In this document: positions 12,831 to 25,723 of the stretch, in pieces
How positions within the stretch are numbered: position 1 is the first letter of the stretch
How the letters are laid out: the number at the start of each line of letters is the position of its first letter
The notes under the pieces: model-generated
The model's database searches: none
Seen by the model: only the letters and a program-made list of their open reading frames with translations
Told to the model about the DNA's origin: nothing
Program-made: the position numbers and the translations under genes
Origin: Leptogorgia sarmentosa
Lineage: Eukaryota
Length of the DNA stretch: 64,000 bases
Assembly (NCBI GenBank): GCA_964658305.1
Contig: OZ210885.1
Span: 19,406,001 to 19,470,000 of the forward strand
Direction of reading: 5' to 3'

Positions 12831-14788
12831 ATGGATGCCATAATCAAGCAGGCTGTCTATTCAAAGGGGTAATACGCGTAATAACGAGGCATCTACTCAG
12901 TCAAACCAAGGAGAAGCTTTGCACAGTTCGAATCGAACTGTCAATCGTCTTTCTGGGCTTATTGCTCGAATATGAAATAGAAAATCTGAAGACCACTCTC
13001 AAGGAAAGAAGAGGAAATCTGCAGTCATTAAGGAACACAGAATTCAAGTACGTTGGCATCACTATGACAAAACAAGCGGAAAGTACTTGCCTTTTCGACA
13101 AAAAAACGGCGGTGGTAATCGTTTTGTTGAATACCTTTCATCTAATCCGCCAAATTTGGAAGACCTTTTAAATAGAGCAACTAAATTATATTTTCCTGGT
13201 GGAAAGAATAAATTTGCTGGCCAACTGGTTAATTTAAAAAAAGTCATTACAGATAGTTCTGGGGAAGTGATTGATGCCTTCCCTGAGGCGGGAACTGTCA
13301 GTGATTATTTGAATGCAAATGAATGTATCCATCAACCACATACTTTTGCCTGAGAACTGAAGATGATGAAAGTGGATCAGGAGCTGGTGATTCATTTCTA
13401 AATCAAGTAGCTGTTGAAGATCCATTTCCATCACTTTTTGACGAAGATGTAGTAAATTATGAACCACTTGACACAATAGTGAGAGTGACATGTGAAGTGT
13501 GTTTCACAACGCATGAGGTGGGTCAACCTTGTCTTCGCTGCATACAGAATGAAGAGTACACACAGTCTTTGCTTGCTGACCAGAAATTTGACGAAGTAAA
13601 CAATGGGCCAGAGGCTGTGGAGCCAGACAAAGATGTTGATTTGGACCAAATACGAGCACAAAGAGTTACACTTTTCTCACTGGGACAACACAAAATATTG
13701 TGGCCGAATCTCTTGATCGTGAATCCGGACCAGGTGTCCCTTCAGATCAAACCCCCCAAGAAATTAATCCAACACAGTGTGCAGACCACAAAGTGTTAAA
13801 GGTACGTCGATCATTTGTCCAACAAGACATAAGACATTTTAAAGATGACTCGTGCATGGGCGTTCAGCTTACTTTTACCATTATAAATGACATGGGGAAA
13901 GAAGAGCTTGGCGCAGGTGTAACCAGAGAAGTGTTTACCTTGTTTTGGAAACACTTTACAAATGCAATGACAGTGAGGGAGAGAGAATGTGTCCCGTTTG
14001 TCAGACATGATCACTTTATTGATGAGTGGGAAACATTTGCAAGGATCCTTGTAAAGGTATATGAATCTATTTCCTATTTTCCAACCTTCATTTCAAAAGC
14101 CTTCATGTCTTTCTGCTTGTTTGGAAGAGAAGTTCCTGGTCCCATTATTCTAGAGTCATTCATGAAATACCTGTCACCTTCAGAAGAAGAGCTAGCTAGA
14201 GATTACATGACAAGAAATTCATTTCCTGATAGTGTTGATGATCAGGAAGAATTTTTTGATTTCCTGGAACGATTTAAGTGTCGAGCAGTGGTAAACAAGG
14301 AGAACATTACTACCATAATGATCAAGATTGGTCAGCAGGAGTTGATACAGAAACCCCACTTGATGGTGGCAACATGGCAACCAGTCCTTCAAACACTAAA
14401 GAAATATCCACCCTTCCAAACCTTGTCTGCACTTGAAGACTTCTATGAAGAAACCAAACCCACAACAAAGACGATCTTGCAGCTGTTAGATGCAAATCCT
14501 AATTCAGATGCTGAGAGAGATGCATTTCGATTTTTACAGCGATTTGTCAGAGGCTTGGACTACAGTAAACTTTTACAGTTTCTTAGGTTTACTACTGCTT
14601 CTGATATTTTGATCAGTGGCAAAGTTCAGGTTACATTTCTAAAGTCTGAAGGTTTTGGTAGAAGACCAATTGCACATACATGTGGACCTGTCTTAGAACT
14701 GCCGTCAACCTACAGCAATTACTGTGAATTTAGAGAAGAATTCAATAACATCCTTGACCAAGGTAACTGGGAAATTGACATTGTGTGA
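12831..14788 (+). pseudogene. HECT-domain E3 ubiquitin ligase (G2E3-like), N-terminus frameshifted, HECT ORF 13700-14788 open
   Basis: ELGAGVTREVF, FLRFTTAS, and RRPIAHTCGPVLELPSTY containing the catalytic Cys. Confidence 0.88.
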
Positions 14789-15689
14789 CGCTTACATTGT
14801 TAGAAGGTGTTGAATTTACCATTTGCAGTGACATTGGTGGTGAACATTTTTTAAAGAAGTTGCTTTTTGTGATATTTACATTGTTAGGTGTTCAATTTAC
14901 CATGTGCAATGATATTGGTGGTGAACATTTCCAAAAAGGTTGTTTTTTGTTAAGAAGTAATTTAAGTAGGTCGTTTCCTGGTTGCTTTTAAAATTCAAAT
15001 CATGTTGATTACTTAAAACATGAGCAGCCAATCTTCTGCTCGTTTGCTCATGTTTCAACGTGCTTGAAAACGATCAATCTTATCCATCTTATCCAAAGGA
15101 AATGATGTAGTATCGTTCAAGTTGTTTTAGCAAAACTTATAACAGACTTCAGTTGTTTTTAATGAATTGTCTTTTAGTTATAGCACAGTACTCTTTTATA
15201 CTGTAGTTTCTTGTATCGACTTTAATTAAATCAACTGGCTTGTTGACATTTTTGTTGCATCTATAATTCAATTCTTTTGTATTGCCTTTCTTCAAAGTTT
15301 CTAACCCGCAAAGACAAAGTTAGGTTTCAAAAACTGTTTTGGTACCGGTTCTTATTTGTCGTGGTTATTGTCATCATTACAACATGAAATTTCTTGGTAT
15401 GTATCTAGTACATACTGAATTGGCTTGGTAAATTGTATAAACTACCACCATCTCTATCTATACCACCATCTTCCCTACACCGAGACACCCAGGACAAATC
15501 TTCAGTTATCAAAACTCAACTCATCCATTGGTTCAAATATACAATCCCATGTACGTTCATAACAAAGACAATAATCCGTGCGTGTTAGGCAAACGGTCAC
15601 TCAGAATGAATAATTTAACTCGATTTATCGATCTACGATTACAAAGAATATTAGCAGAATCTTGAGTCATAACAAACATATTCAGTTAC

Positions 15690-15852
15690 ATTAGCTTAAC
15701 TGTTCAATCTCTTCTAGTAGTAGAATGTACAAGTTTAGAGCTTCTCTTGCATTAACTGGCATTGTAAGCCCGTGTGCATTCATCACCACATCAGCAAAAT
15801 CTCTAAATTCTTCACTCGTATCTTGCACAACAATAGCTGCATGATTATCAAA
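15690..15852 (-). pseudogene. Detached C-terminus of the IS3EU-like transposase
   Basis: My translation: FDNHAAIVVQDTSEEFRDFADVVMNAHGLTMPVNAREALNLYILLLEEIEQLS*. It lies directly past the LINE tail. Confidence 0.75.
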
Positions 15853-18800
15853 TCTTTAATCTTTAATAAAATTCTTTAAACACGGTAGCCTATTCAGCCA
15901 ATAATATTTACAATGCTGGTTTTCAAAGGGCCGTGTGTTTACAATAATATAAAAAGGACAAAAAGAACATAACTATTTACATTGATACGGATGAATTAAC
16001 CAATTGCCGTTTAAACGACAAAGTTGAAAGATTGTTATAATTTTCAATGGTTTTGCTTGGAAGTTCGTTCCAGGACTTAGCGGCTCTATACAAGAAACTT
16101 CTTTTGAGAAAATTAGTCTTAGGTTTGGGTAGATTCAATTTAGTTTGGTTGCTTCTCAAATTGTAATTGTCATTTTGACTTACTGAAAACAATTTTTCAA
16201 GATATCGAGGTAATCGACCAGTTAGTACTTCAAATGTCATTACTATCTGGCGTTGTTTTAGAAGTTCTTCTATTGGAAGCCAATTAAGACTATCTAGCGT
16301 TTGCATGGAACGAACCTCATATGTCTCCCCTGTTATCACACGCGCTGCTCTCTTCTGCAGTTTAAATAATTTGTCGATTATCGAACAACATCCATTGTTC
16401 CAGATTGTTGAACAATAATTGAAGTGAGGCCACACTAAGGCATTATAGATTTTTAGCAGACTATCTCTACTGACAAACAATTTTGCTCTTTTCAGTAGGG
16501 CAATATTATTTGAGATCATTTTACATTATTTTACATTGCATGTCATTATGTTTATTCCATTTTAGTTGATCGTCAAGAATCATGCCTAGTTACTTTTTTT
16601 GGTAAACTCGCTTAATGTTGTTTCCCCCTAATGTTAATACTGGGCTATTTTCAATTGAAGCTAAGTGACGTCTTGATCCTATTATCATAAATTCAGTCTT
16701 TTCCATGTTTAATGAAAGCTTATTAGCTGTTAACCACCTATGAACATTTTCAATGTCTTTATTAAGTTTGATCTCAATTTCGTATGGACTAAACCCTTCA
16801 CAAGAAAGGTTTGTGTCATCAGCAAAAAGATTTGCTTTAGTTGTCTCTAAACAGTTAGGGAGATCATTTATGAACAATAGAAATAAAATAGGCCCAAGGT
16901 TAGAGCCCTGAGGTATCCCGCATTTTATTTGTCTAATAGCTGACATCTTGCTATTCACAGAGCATATTTGGTTTCGACCAGAAAGGTATGATTCGAACCA
17001 TTTCAGGCTAGTTCCTTTAATACCATATAATTCAAGCTTTGATAAAAGAATATGATGGTCGACAGTATCAAAAGCTTTTTTAAGGTCTAGAAATAAAACT
17101 CCGCTAAGTAAGCCTCTGTCCATATTGGATAACCATTCATTTGTTGAACTAAGCAGTGCAGTTTCAGTAGAATGTTGATGACGGAAACCGGACTGCTGTT
17201 CTACAAGAATGCCATTCAAACTCAGGAATGAATTTAGCTGCAGGTATACCAGTTTTTCGAAAAGTTTGGCTACAGCTGAAATAACAGATATTGGCCTGTA
17301 ATTTCCACAGTCTGCTTTGTTTCCTTCTTTAAATATAGGGGTCACTTTTGCTAATTTCCAATCATTAGGGAAAATTGCCCTCTGAAGGGATACATTGAAT
17401 ATGTTCACTAGTGGTCCAGCCACAATGTTAGATGCGTCTTTTAATAACCTTATACTAATACCATCAAGGCCTGGAGATTTCTTAGTTTTAATTTCATTGA
17501 GTGCACTTATTGTTTCTTGGAGTGTAATGCTGGTAAAGTTGAATGTATTACCATCGATAGGAGTCACAAAGTTCATTGGATCAGTGCGGTTATCAGTGAT
17601 CTTGTCAGACAACGTACTGCCAATTGTGGAAAAGTATTGATTAAAGGCATCTGCAATTTTGTCATCGTCAGTAATAAGTTGGCCATTTATATCTAGTTCT
17701 TTAACCTCTAACGTTTTAGGCTTTTTGTTTAATAATTCGTTAATAGTTTGCCAACTTTCTTTGCTATTTTTAGCATTGCTTAGTTTATCTCTAAAGTATT
17801 CTTGTTTAGTTTCTTTTGTGAGATTATTTAGTTTATTTTTGCATCTCTTGTAAGCCTTGTCATAATTCGTAGATCTTAATTTAATCGATTGCCTTTTTAG
17901 GTAATCCCTGTGGTAGCACATTTGCTTAATTTCGTTTGTTAGCCACGGTTTATATTCACTCTTGACTCGACGTTGTCTGATTGGTGCATGTTTATCTGCG
18001 ACGCTCACAAACTTATTTTTAAAATCGTTCCATGAGGCATTTGGATCAGTTAAAATAGCCGAATCCAAGGGCAAACTAAAAACCTCACTTAGATCGTTGT
18101 TAAACTGGTTAACATTATAATTTTTATAATGTCTAGTAAAGACAATTTTTGGTGGCGCCTTAGGAATGCTGAGCTTTCGACACAGATAAACAAGACTATG
18201 ATCACTGATACCAAGGTGTATTACTCCTGTATCTGATATTTTATCATCACCATAATAGGTGAGGATAACATCCAGTAGTGATGCTGTTGTACTAGTAATT
18301 CTTGTGGGAGACTGTATGTGTTGCTGTAATTGATAGGTGTCAATCAGGTCAACTAGTTTAGAAGTAGGCAGACTTTTGTTCTGCTCCAGAAGGTTACAAT
18401 TGAGATCTCCGGTTATGATAATTTCTTTATTTTCGTCTTCAAGTAGTTTTAAAAATTCTTCAAATTCGCTAAACAGCTCAACGCTGGAATTTGGTGGTCT
18501 GTACCATGTTGTAATTAACTGAGGTTTACTTTTAAATTTTTTAATTTCTACGCATATCAACTCTAAGTTATCAGGGAAGAGGTCTTTGCGGATGGTGTAT
18601 GGTATGTTGCTTCTAATATACATTGCAACACCTCCTCCACTTCTGTTTCGATCACGCCTAACAATATCATAACCAGGAATTTCAATTTCACCGTTCAGTA
18701 CACTACTATCTAATCTAGTTTCATTAAGAGTTATAATGTCGAAAAGTTTGTTTTGCATATATAGCAAAAACTCATCGTAATGTTTTATCAAACTTGCTAT

Positions 18801-19733
18801 ATTTAAATGACATACTTTAAAACCTTTAAGTTTAGGAAAAAGGGAGCCGCTGGCGTGTGATTGTTGTCTATTTACATCATTACCCAGAGGGCTATTAGCA
18901 TTATTAGCATTGTCGTTTTCAATGGAATTAATCCTTTGTATATTACTTTCATCTGAGGGAGTAATATTATTTTGATAGTTTGTTTGTCAATTTAGGTTTT
19001 TGAAAAAATCTATAATATTCTTGGCCAATTTGGCTGTTCCTTGCTTATTTAAGTGGAGGCCATAAGGGTTCAAGTGATCTGCTGTAATATTGGTATGATT
19101 TAATATACCCCATTTATTATTATGGCATACCTGTGATAGTTTGCAATTTAGTTCATTGATTTTGGAATTCAGGCTTGGATCATCAGATCTGGTTATAACT
19201 TTCGATAATACAATCTTAGTGTTTGGTGATTCCTTTACGATTTCCTGGCAAAGCGTAGAAATTTACCCAGCTATTTGTTGAGAGGTTTGTTGCTTTAAGT
19301 CATTAGTTCCAACATGTAGGAGCAGATAGTCGGGGGATCTCAATATTGCTGGTTTCACATAATAACGCATATCAGCAACATTGGCTCCACTGAAAGTTTG
19401 CACGTTGATATTATGTTTTGTGCCTTTACGCAACTTAGAGGGGTTTAGATGTTTCACCATGGAATCTCCAATAATGGCCACATTAACACGCTGGTTTGTT
19501 TTCGAGCCTGCTCTTTGCTCATATGCGGGTTGTCTTTTGACTTTTTATGGCTGTTATGATCTTTTTTTGCCGTTTGAGTAGCAGAATCTTTCTGTTGTCT
19601 CTTGTTGTTTTCGTTATCTGGATCGGTTTCGTTGTCGTTGGCATTTGTTTCTTCAACAAGTAGGGGTGAAAAACTGTTTTTTGTTGGAATAGTGGCCACA
19701 TGTTCACTGTTTATGTCATTCGTATCTGAAGAT
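15853..19733 (-). mobile_element. CR1/L2-group LINE, 5'-truncated in ORF1
   Basis: ORF1 SGNH esterase (IIGDSMVK..HVGTNDL), ORF2 APE plus RT, and an (ATTAAAG)n-like tail. Confidence 0.93.
15977..18985 (-). pseudogene. LINE ORF2, AP endonuclease plus reverse transcriptase (disrupted near 16520-16590)
   Basis: Motifs TLNETRL, WYRPP, TGDLN, SDHSLV, NYRPIS, LDLKKAFDTVDH, GIPQGS and FADDT. Confidence 0.95.
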
Positions 19734-20692
19734 ATCATCGATATCTGCCTGTCTACCTCCACTTTATAATCTTCTGTATCATAAAGATGTGGTAAGAAAT
19801 ACATATTGTCAGGTCTTCCTCTTGGACCAATGTTATCAAATTTGCTCGATGAAATTATATGTTGGTTCCATGACTGAGCAACTTGATTGAGTTCTTCTCG
19901 TAGAACACTCATGAAACAAAATCGTATACATTCTACTTTTACCGGATCAGCATCGTTAAATAATCCCAGATCTCGCAGGTCTTTAAAGAAATTTTGCCAC
20001 CAACCAGGACCTTCTTTCACTAGATGTGACCAGTATGCTTCGATACGCTGATGAGATGTTGATGACCCAATAAGAAAGCTGGCAATCCCAGCATGTTCAT
20101 CATTGTTACTTGAGCGAAGAAATGTGTGCATAGCTTCGATCACGCAGTTTTCTGTTCCATCGTCTGATCTTATCCTCCTGGGAATCCCACCAACTTGTCT
20201 GATTGAGTCTAGATAATATTTGGCAACTACCTCCGGTTTCTTGTTTGTTGGCCCTATTTCCAACCAAATTAGCCGCCTAGAGTAACCATCAATGCAGCCG
20301 TGAATGCTGAAACCGTACACTCTTCTTTGTAGCCTTTTCCTTTTCCGAGTTTCCACACCATTAGGATCGAGCTCTAGTAATAATTTTCTTACTGTTTCCC
20401 GCTTCACTATAAGCCCTTTTTGCCTAAGTCTCCACCACATCTTTCAATAACCAACAAAACAGCCACTACCTGCCAGTTCTGTTTCAATAGCTGCTCTTAT
20501 CGCCCCACGATTTTCCACACCATGTTGTAGTCGTCTACAAAGGTGCATGGATGCCAATCTACGCTTTAGCGTCGATAAACTAATATCGACACCATGCAGT
20601 CTTAAATACTCCAAGATTTCTGCATTTGTGAAACCTTGGTCAAAATATGATTTTATAAGTTCCTCTTCCTCATAATGATTTTCCAAGTTCAT
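19734..20692 (-). pseudogene. IS3EU-like transposase (N-terminal HTH plus integrase core), N-terminal part
   Basis: Motifs ISLSTLKRRL, IHGCIDGYSR, IRSDDGTEN, SHQRIEAYWS and WNQHII. Confidence 0.9.
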
Positions 20693-21052
20693 GCAAGGTG
20701 TATAATTTGTTAACGGGGCATGATGTTGATATAATGAGAGATAAAAAAAATAACAAGTAGTAGTGCGTTCTTAGTACGTTGTCCTTGTCTTTCCGAAAAG
20801 ATTAAGTTTGATAATGGCGGAAATAGTTTATCAAAAGGAACTATATAGGCACAGAAACAATTTTACTGGTTGTGTTGAAAAAATTTTACTGGACTGCGTT
20901 GAAAAAATTTTACTGGACTGCGTTAAAAAAATTTTACTGAACTGCGTTGAAAAAATTTTACTGGACTGCGTTCAAATTTTACAGGACTTTCGAAAAGCCA
21001 TACAGAACTGCAAGAAAATGTAACTGGACTGTGAGCCTTCTGGGCCATCGTA

Positions 21053-21884
21053 GTTTTCCATTTAAAACTGTGCTGGAAAATTTTTGCCACTTGAAACATT
21101 GTCCAACTTTGGTATAAACATAAATATCTGTTGACAACAATGAACATGCAGTAAAAATTTCAATGTCAGTTCCCCAAGCTCCAATATTAGCCATTCCACT
21201 TTGCTCCAGATATGAAACTAGTGACATGTTCGTATGTGGAAACAGTAAATTTTCAATCTCTATCATATGTTGAATAATTTTACTGAGAATATCAGCATGA
21301 TATGACTGCGTACCAGTTATAACATATGATAATGCACGGAAAAGACAATTGCCATCACCTAGGATTGGGTGCACTTTTGAAGGTTGATGTAACAATAATT
21401 TCACATCATGACAATATAATACATAATCTGTTAAAGGTAAATTCAATAAAGTGCTCAAATTTTTCTGAGTGGTTTTATCTATAGGATTGAATGGAAAAAT
21501 TCCAGATGAATTTTCGTTACTATCAGTAACCTTACAATCACTGTCATCATTATTACTGAGTGAAGAATGCTTTGCCTTCTTTGTGGATTGATATGTCATA
21601 AAACATTCATTAGCGGTACCATCAAAACAGTTTTTTCTCTTTTTTGGCTGACTTTTAGAAACATGTAATGTACTCTTGTCGGATAAAATGGCACTAACAT
21701 TTAAGACAACATCATAATGAACCCCACTTGTATGATGCAAATAAATAGCACATTCGTTACTAGGTGATGTTCCATTTAACATTGTAGTAGAAAATTTTTG
21801 CCACTTAAAACATTGTCCAACTTTGGTATAAACAAAAATATCTGTAGATAACAATGAACATGCAGTAAAAATTTCAATGTCACT
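21053..21884 (-). pseudogene. Helitron segment: end of OTU1 and most of OTU2
   Basis: IYLHHTSGVHYDVV, then GDGNCLFRALS..WGTDIEI. Confidence 0.88.
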
Positions 21885-24800
21885 CAGGCAGCTTGGCGTA
21901 GGCAGCTTTAAATGTTCGGTGCTGCTCGTTGCGTGCCGAAGGCGCGAGACGTTTGGGTTTTAGGGGGGTCCAGGGGTATACTCCCCGGGATATTTTGAAA
22001 CTTAGAAGCTCGGAAATGCGTTTTCCTGCGATTTGAGCAGTGACAGTTGAGCTTCAGATTGACCTTATAAAAGGATAAATATTTGTTATAATTACAAAAA
22101 TACGGTGATTTATGATGACTTTTTTTGACTTTTTTGCTCAGTTGTACCTAACTTTCCACTAACCATATATATACGCTATACGGTTTTACCCGTACTCCAG
22201 CCCTTGTGACACTGGATGGCGGTTTAAAAAGGTGGTTGGAACAAAGATTTATGTGCGTCATGGTTGTCGCATGATTCATGGTTGTCGCATGAGTCCTACT
22301 TTCTATTTGGACAATGGTTCACATGAGAGGCATTACCCATAGTTTTGGATATTAAAACAAAATGGGCACCCTTGACGTGATGTATCAGCATGTTTCGGAA
22401 AGAGAATACTATTCTATGGGGTCACCACTCACAGAAGTGAAGTGGGTATCTCCCCAAATACTACAATAGAGAATTTTTTAACTATGGAAAGAGAACACTA
22501 TTCTATGGGGTCACCACTCACAGAAGTGAAGCGGGTATCTCCCCAAATACTACAATAGAGAATTAAAGATTCAGAAAGAGAATACTATAATAATAAAATA
22601 ATAATAATAAAAAAAAATAAATAACTATTCTATAGGGTCACCACTCACAGAAGTGAACTGGGTATCTCCCCAAATACTACAATAGAGAATTTTTTAACTA
22701 TGGAAAGAGAATACTATTCTATGGGGTCACCACTCACAGAAGTGAAGTGGGTATCTCCCCAAATACTACAATAGAGAATTAAAGATTCAGAAAGAGAATA
22801 CTATAATAATAAAATAATAATAATTAAAAGATAAATAATAACTATTCTGTGGGGTCACCACTCACTGTCCAAAGTGAAGTGGATATCTCCCCAAATAGTA
22901 CTCTAGAGAATATATATTTGAAATTTAATAAGAGTATGTTATACAGATACCACCTGAACTGGACGTCTGAAAGTGGGTCTCAATCTGCCTGAAAAGCAAT
23001 AAGAAAGATATTAGTAGAGGATATTAAATAGATAGCACAAATGTGTTAAATCTATTTGTAGAGGAAGGCAAGTCTTCTGGGTTTTTCAACAAACTTTTTC
23101 ACAACCTCCTCATGCATCACATTGGCATCTTCTTTGAGTTTTAAAATATCTTTGTGAATTGAAATCCTACAAAGAGAACTCAGTTCTCAGACCCTGAGCC
23201 ATTGTATTTCTCAAATAGCTCTTAACCCTTTTCAAACAAGAGAATGACCTCTCAACCGAAGCACTTGCAACTGCTAACACACCATTCATTTTCAGTAACT
23301 TGACTGCTTCTGGTAGACTAGATTGAAGATTAAATTCAAAAATATATTTTAGTAGTTCAAGGCTAGTTTCTTTATGGAAGTCAGTATTCCCCTGTAAATA
23401 AAAGAAAGTTGGCTCTCAAGCATAGGCACATCAAATAGGGGACCATACATTTCCTTGAGCAGACTGATTTTGCCAGCTGGTACCACTCCACCCCAAGTTT
23501 TAAATACCCTTGGGCTTACAAGATCTAAAAACTCAAAACGGTTCATATCTTGAAAACGTTCACTTAACATGCCTACAATGGAATCTAGAACCTCAAAGTA
23601 AAGCTGTTTGTAATTATATTTCTTGTCAGCCTTGCTTGCTGGTGGGCCTACTTTGTCCACTGCTTCTTGGTAAAATTCAGCAAAATCTTCATCGGTGCGG
23701 AGAGAAGAAACTAAGGTCTTGAAACGCTCAATTCTGCTCACACCATAGTTGAAGTCTGTTTGCTTGTCTTGGAGAATGCAGTACAAAATAGATGATTGCT
23801 CTAAAATCTTATAAAAAACAGATACCAAAAAGTAAAGCAAGAAACTATTAAGGTAGTGCAACAAACCACTTAACTTATCCAGTGATTCATCATCCCAGCC
23901 TGCAGGTTCATCAATCACTCCTTCAAAAATCTCTAAAAGATCCTCATAGTTGTTGTGCAACACTTTAACAACCCTAGATCGATAATACCACCTAGTATCA
24001 CCAGGGTTAGGGAACTCGATTTTATGGGGGCATTGCTTGTGAATGTACAAAAGGCACCAACATTGATAAAGAAAATTTTAACAGGGGAAATCCTCAATAA
24101 TTGAATCAAGGCAACTGATTAAATCATTTTGGATTTCAGGAGAAACCCCAGTAAACCGTCTACCACCACAGGCCCCACCCCTTTCAGATTCAGCTAATCG
24201 GTCATGCAAGCGCCGCTCAAATACTGAATCAAATTTAGCAAAGGACTCAAGTAACTCCCTATAGTTACCTTTACTCAAGCTGTCTTCTGATTCGTCGTGT
24301 CCTCTGAATGCCTACTCTTGTTTGGATAGGTACAATACAGCTTCAGTGATGGTTTTCAGAATTTCCCTGTTTTGCCTTATCTCTTCGTTGTGGCGTTGAA
24401 TTTCGTCTCGTCTTGCTTGAGAAATGAGGGAATCCACTCGCACACCCGATCTATACATCTTCCAGGTCTTAAAAGCACCCATGTGTGACTTTGCCTTTTC
24501 ATGCTTTTTGCAATCTGAGGAAGCCATGCATGTTGCCATATCCAGACTTCGTCCATGTTGGGGACTTTCCAGGGCAAAACAAAAGGCAAGGCCAGGAAAA
24601 CAGTTTCTTCAAACTGGAGCTGCCACAAAGCCAAACCTTTTTCGCATACCAAGTATCCTGAAATACTCTCCCCCTAGATGTTATTGCTAACTTCGGAGTC
24701 GGTTGCTGCTTAACAATGGTATTTTGTTCGGCAATCGCTCGAACAAAAAAAAAAAGATTTCTTCAGCAAATCGCTAATAATATCGGCTTCAGTTGCAACT

Positions 24801-25370
24801 AAATTCGTCACACTTGCTGAAGCCATTATTAACTCTCAAACACAATACCAGATAGTCAATTACTCACCTTTAATACGCTTTATATTCGCCTGACAGAATC
24901 ATGTCTAATCACGTGGAAAGCTCGCAAAGGAAATGCAATACAAGGCCAAGTCCTGCTATTTCAAATGAGCAGGACTTGGCATTTGTAAATAGCCTGTTTG
25001 AGCATGCGCAGAACTAATTGTCCAATCAGAAAGCACGAATTCTTGTATGAAATTATTATAGAAGGTCCTGCCATTTTCAAATGGCAGGACTAAAACACGG
25101 GCTGCGTGTGAATCAATAAAATGCCCGGAAATGAGCTCTTGCGGGTATACAGTTGCTTGGTAACAGACACTGCCAGCTGTAAATTGCGTAAATTGCGCGT
25201 CAAATGAGATAAAACGCGAGAAATTTTTGAGAAATATTAACGAAAACGTCCAAAAAATTGGACAAAATACCGATATTAAAATGTCAAATTTTTACGATTA
25301 AAAACACAAATTTTGAGGACATTTTTAGTCCTGCTGGGCAGGACCAGCAGGACCGCTAGCTACGCCACTG
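21885..25370 (-). mobile_element. hAT transposon inserted in Helitron OTU1 (transposase pseudogene about 23052-24826)
   Basis: 8-bp TSD ATGTCACT at 21877-21884 and 25371-25378. Right end reads CTACGCCACTG; left end is degenerate. Motifs AFRGHDE, GNYRELL, TRWYYR and SASVERSFS. Confidence 0.92.
22398..22910. repeat. Dimeric tandem repeat (periods 89/127/89/128)
   Basis: GTCACCACTC starts at 22421, 22510, 22637, 22726 and 22854. Confidence 0.92.
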
Positions 25371-25723
25371 ATGTCACTTCCCCAAGTTCCCACACTAGCC
25401 ATTCCACTTTGCTCTAGATATAAATCTAATGGCATGTTTAAATGTGGTAACAGGAAATTTTCAATTTCTCTCATATGGTGAAGTACTTTATATTGTAAAA
25501 CATTGTGATATGATTGTCTACCAGTTATAACATATGATAATGCACAGAAAAGACAATTTCCATTTGCATTTATATTGTATAACTCAGAAGGTACTTCAAG
25601 GCTTTGCCTCACACCATGCTTTACCTCAGTCAATAGAGGCAAGTTAACAAATTTGCACATTAACTCCTGAGAATTCTTATTAATTGGATTAAAGCAAAAG
25701 CTATCAATCAATTTATGGGACAT
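25371..25723 (-). pseudogene. Helitron OTU1, N-terminal half
   Basis: ANGNCLFCALSYVITGRQ..GTWGSD; paralogous to OTU2. Confidence 0.85.

Larger units (their letters stand above)
12587..21052. mobile_element. IS3EU-like DNA transposon with HECT E3-ligase cargo gene
   Basis: About 200-bp TIRs starting TACGATGGCCCAGAAGGCTCACAG. 6-bp TSD GTTTTC at 12581-12586 and 21053-21058. Convergent HECT and DDE genes. Confidence 0.9.

Noticed and set aside
12579..12872. ORFs with SPVKFFQ / FYWT repeats (also 20808-21147)
   Set aside because: They are translations of the TIR tandem repeats.
13700..14788. Host G2E3 gene
   Set aside because: It is intronless, has no PHD/RING N-terminus and is enclosed by TIRs and a TSD.
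22398..22910. CRISPR-like repeat/spacer appearance
   Set aside because: The spacers are themselves repeated, there are no cas genes, and the context is a eukaryotic TE.
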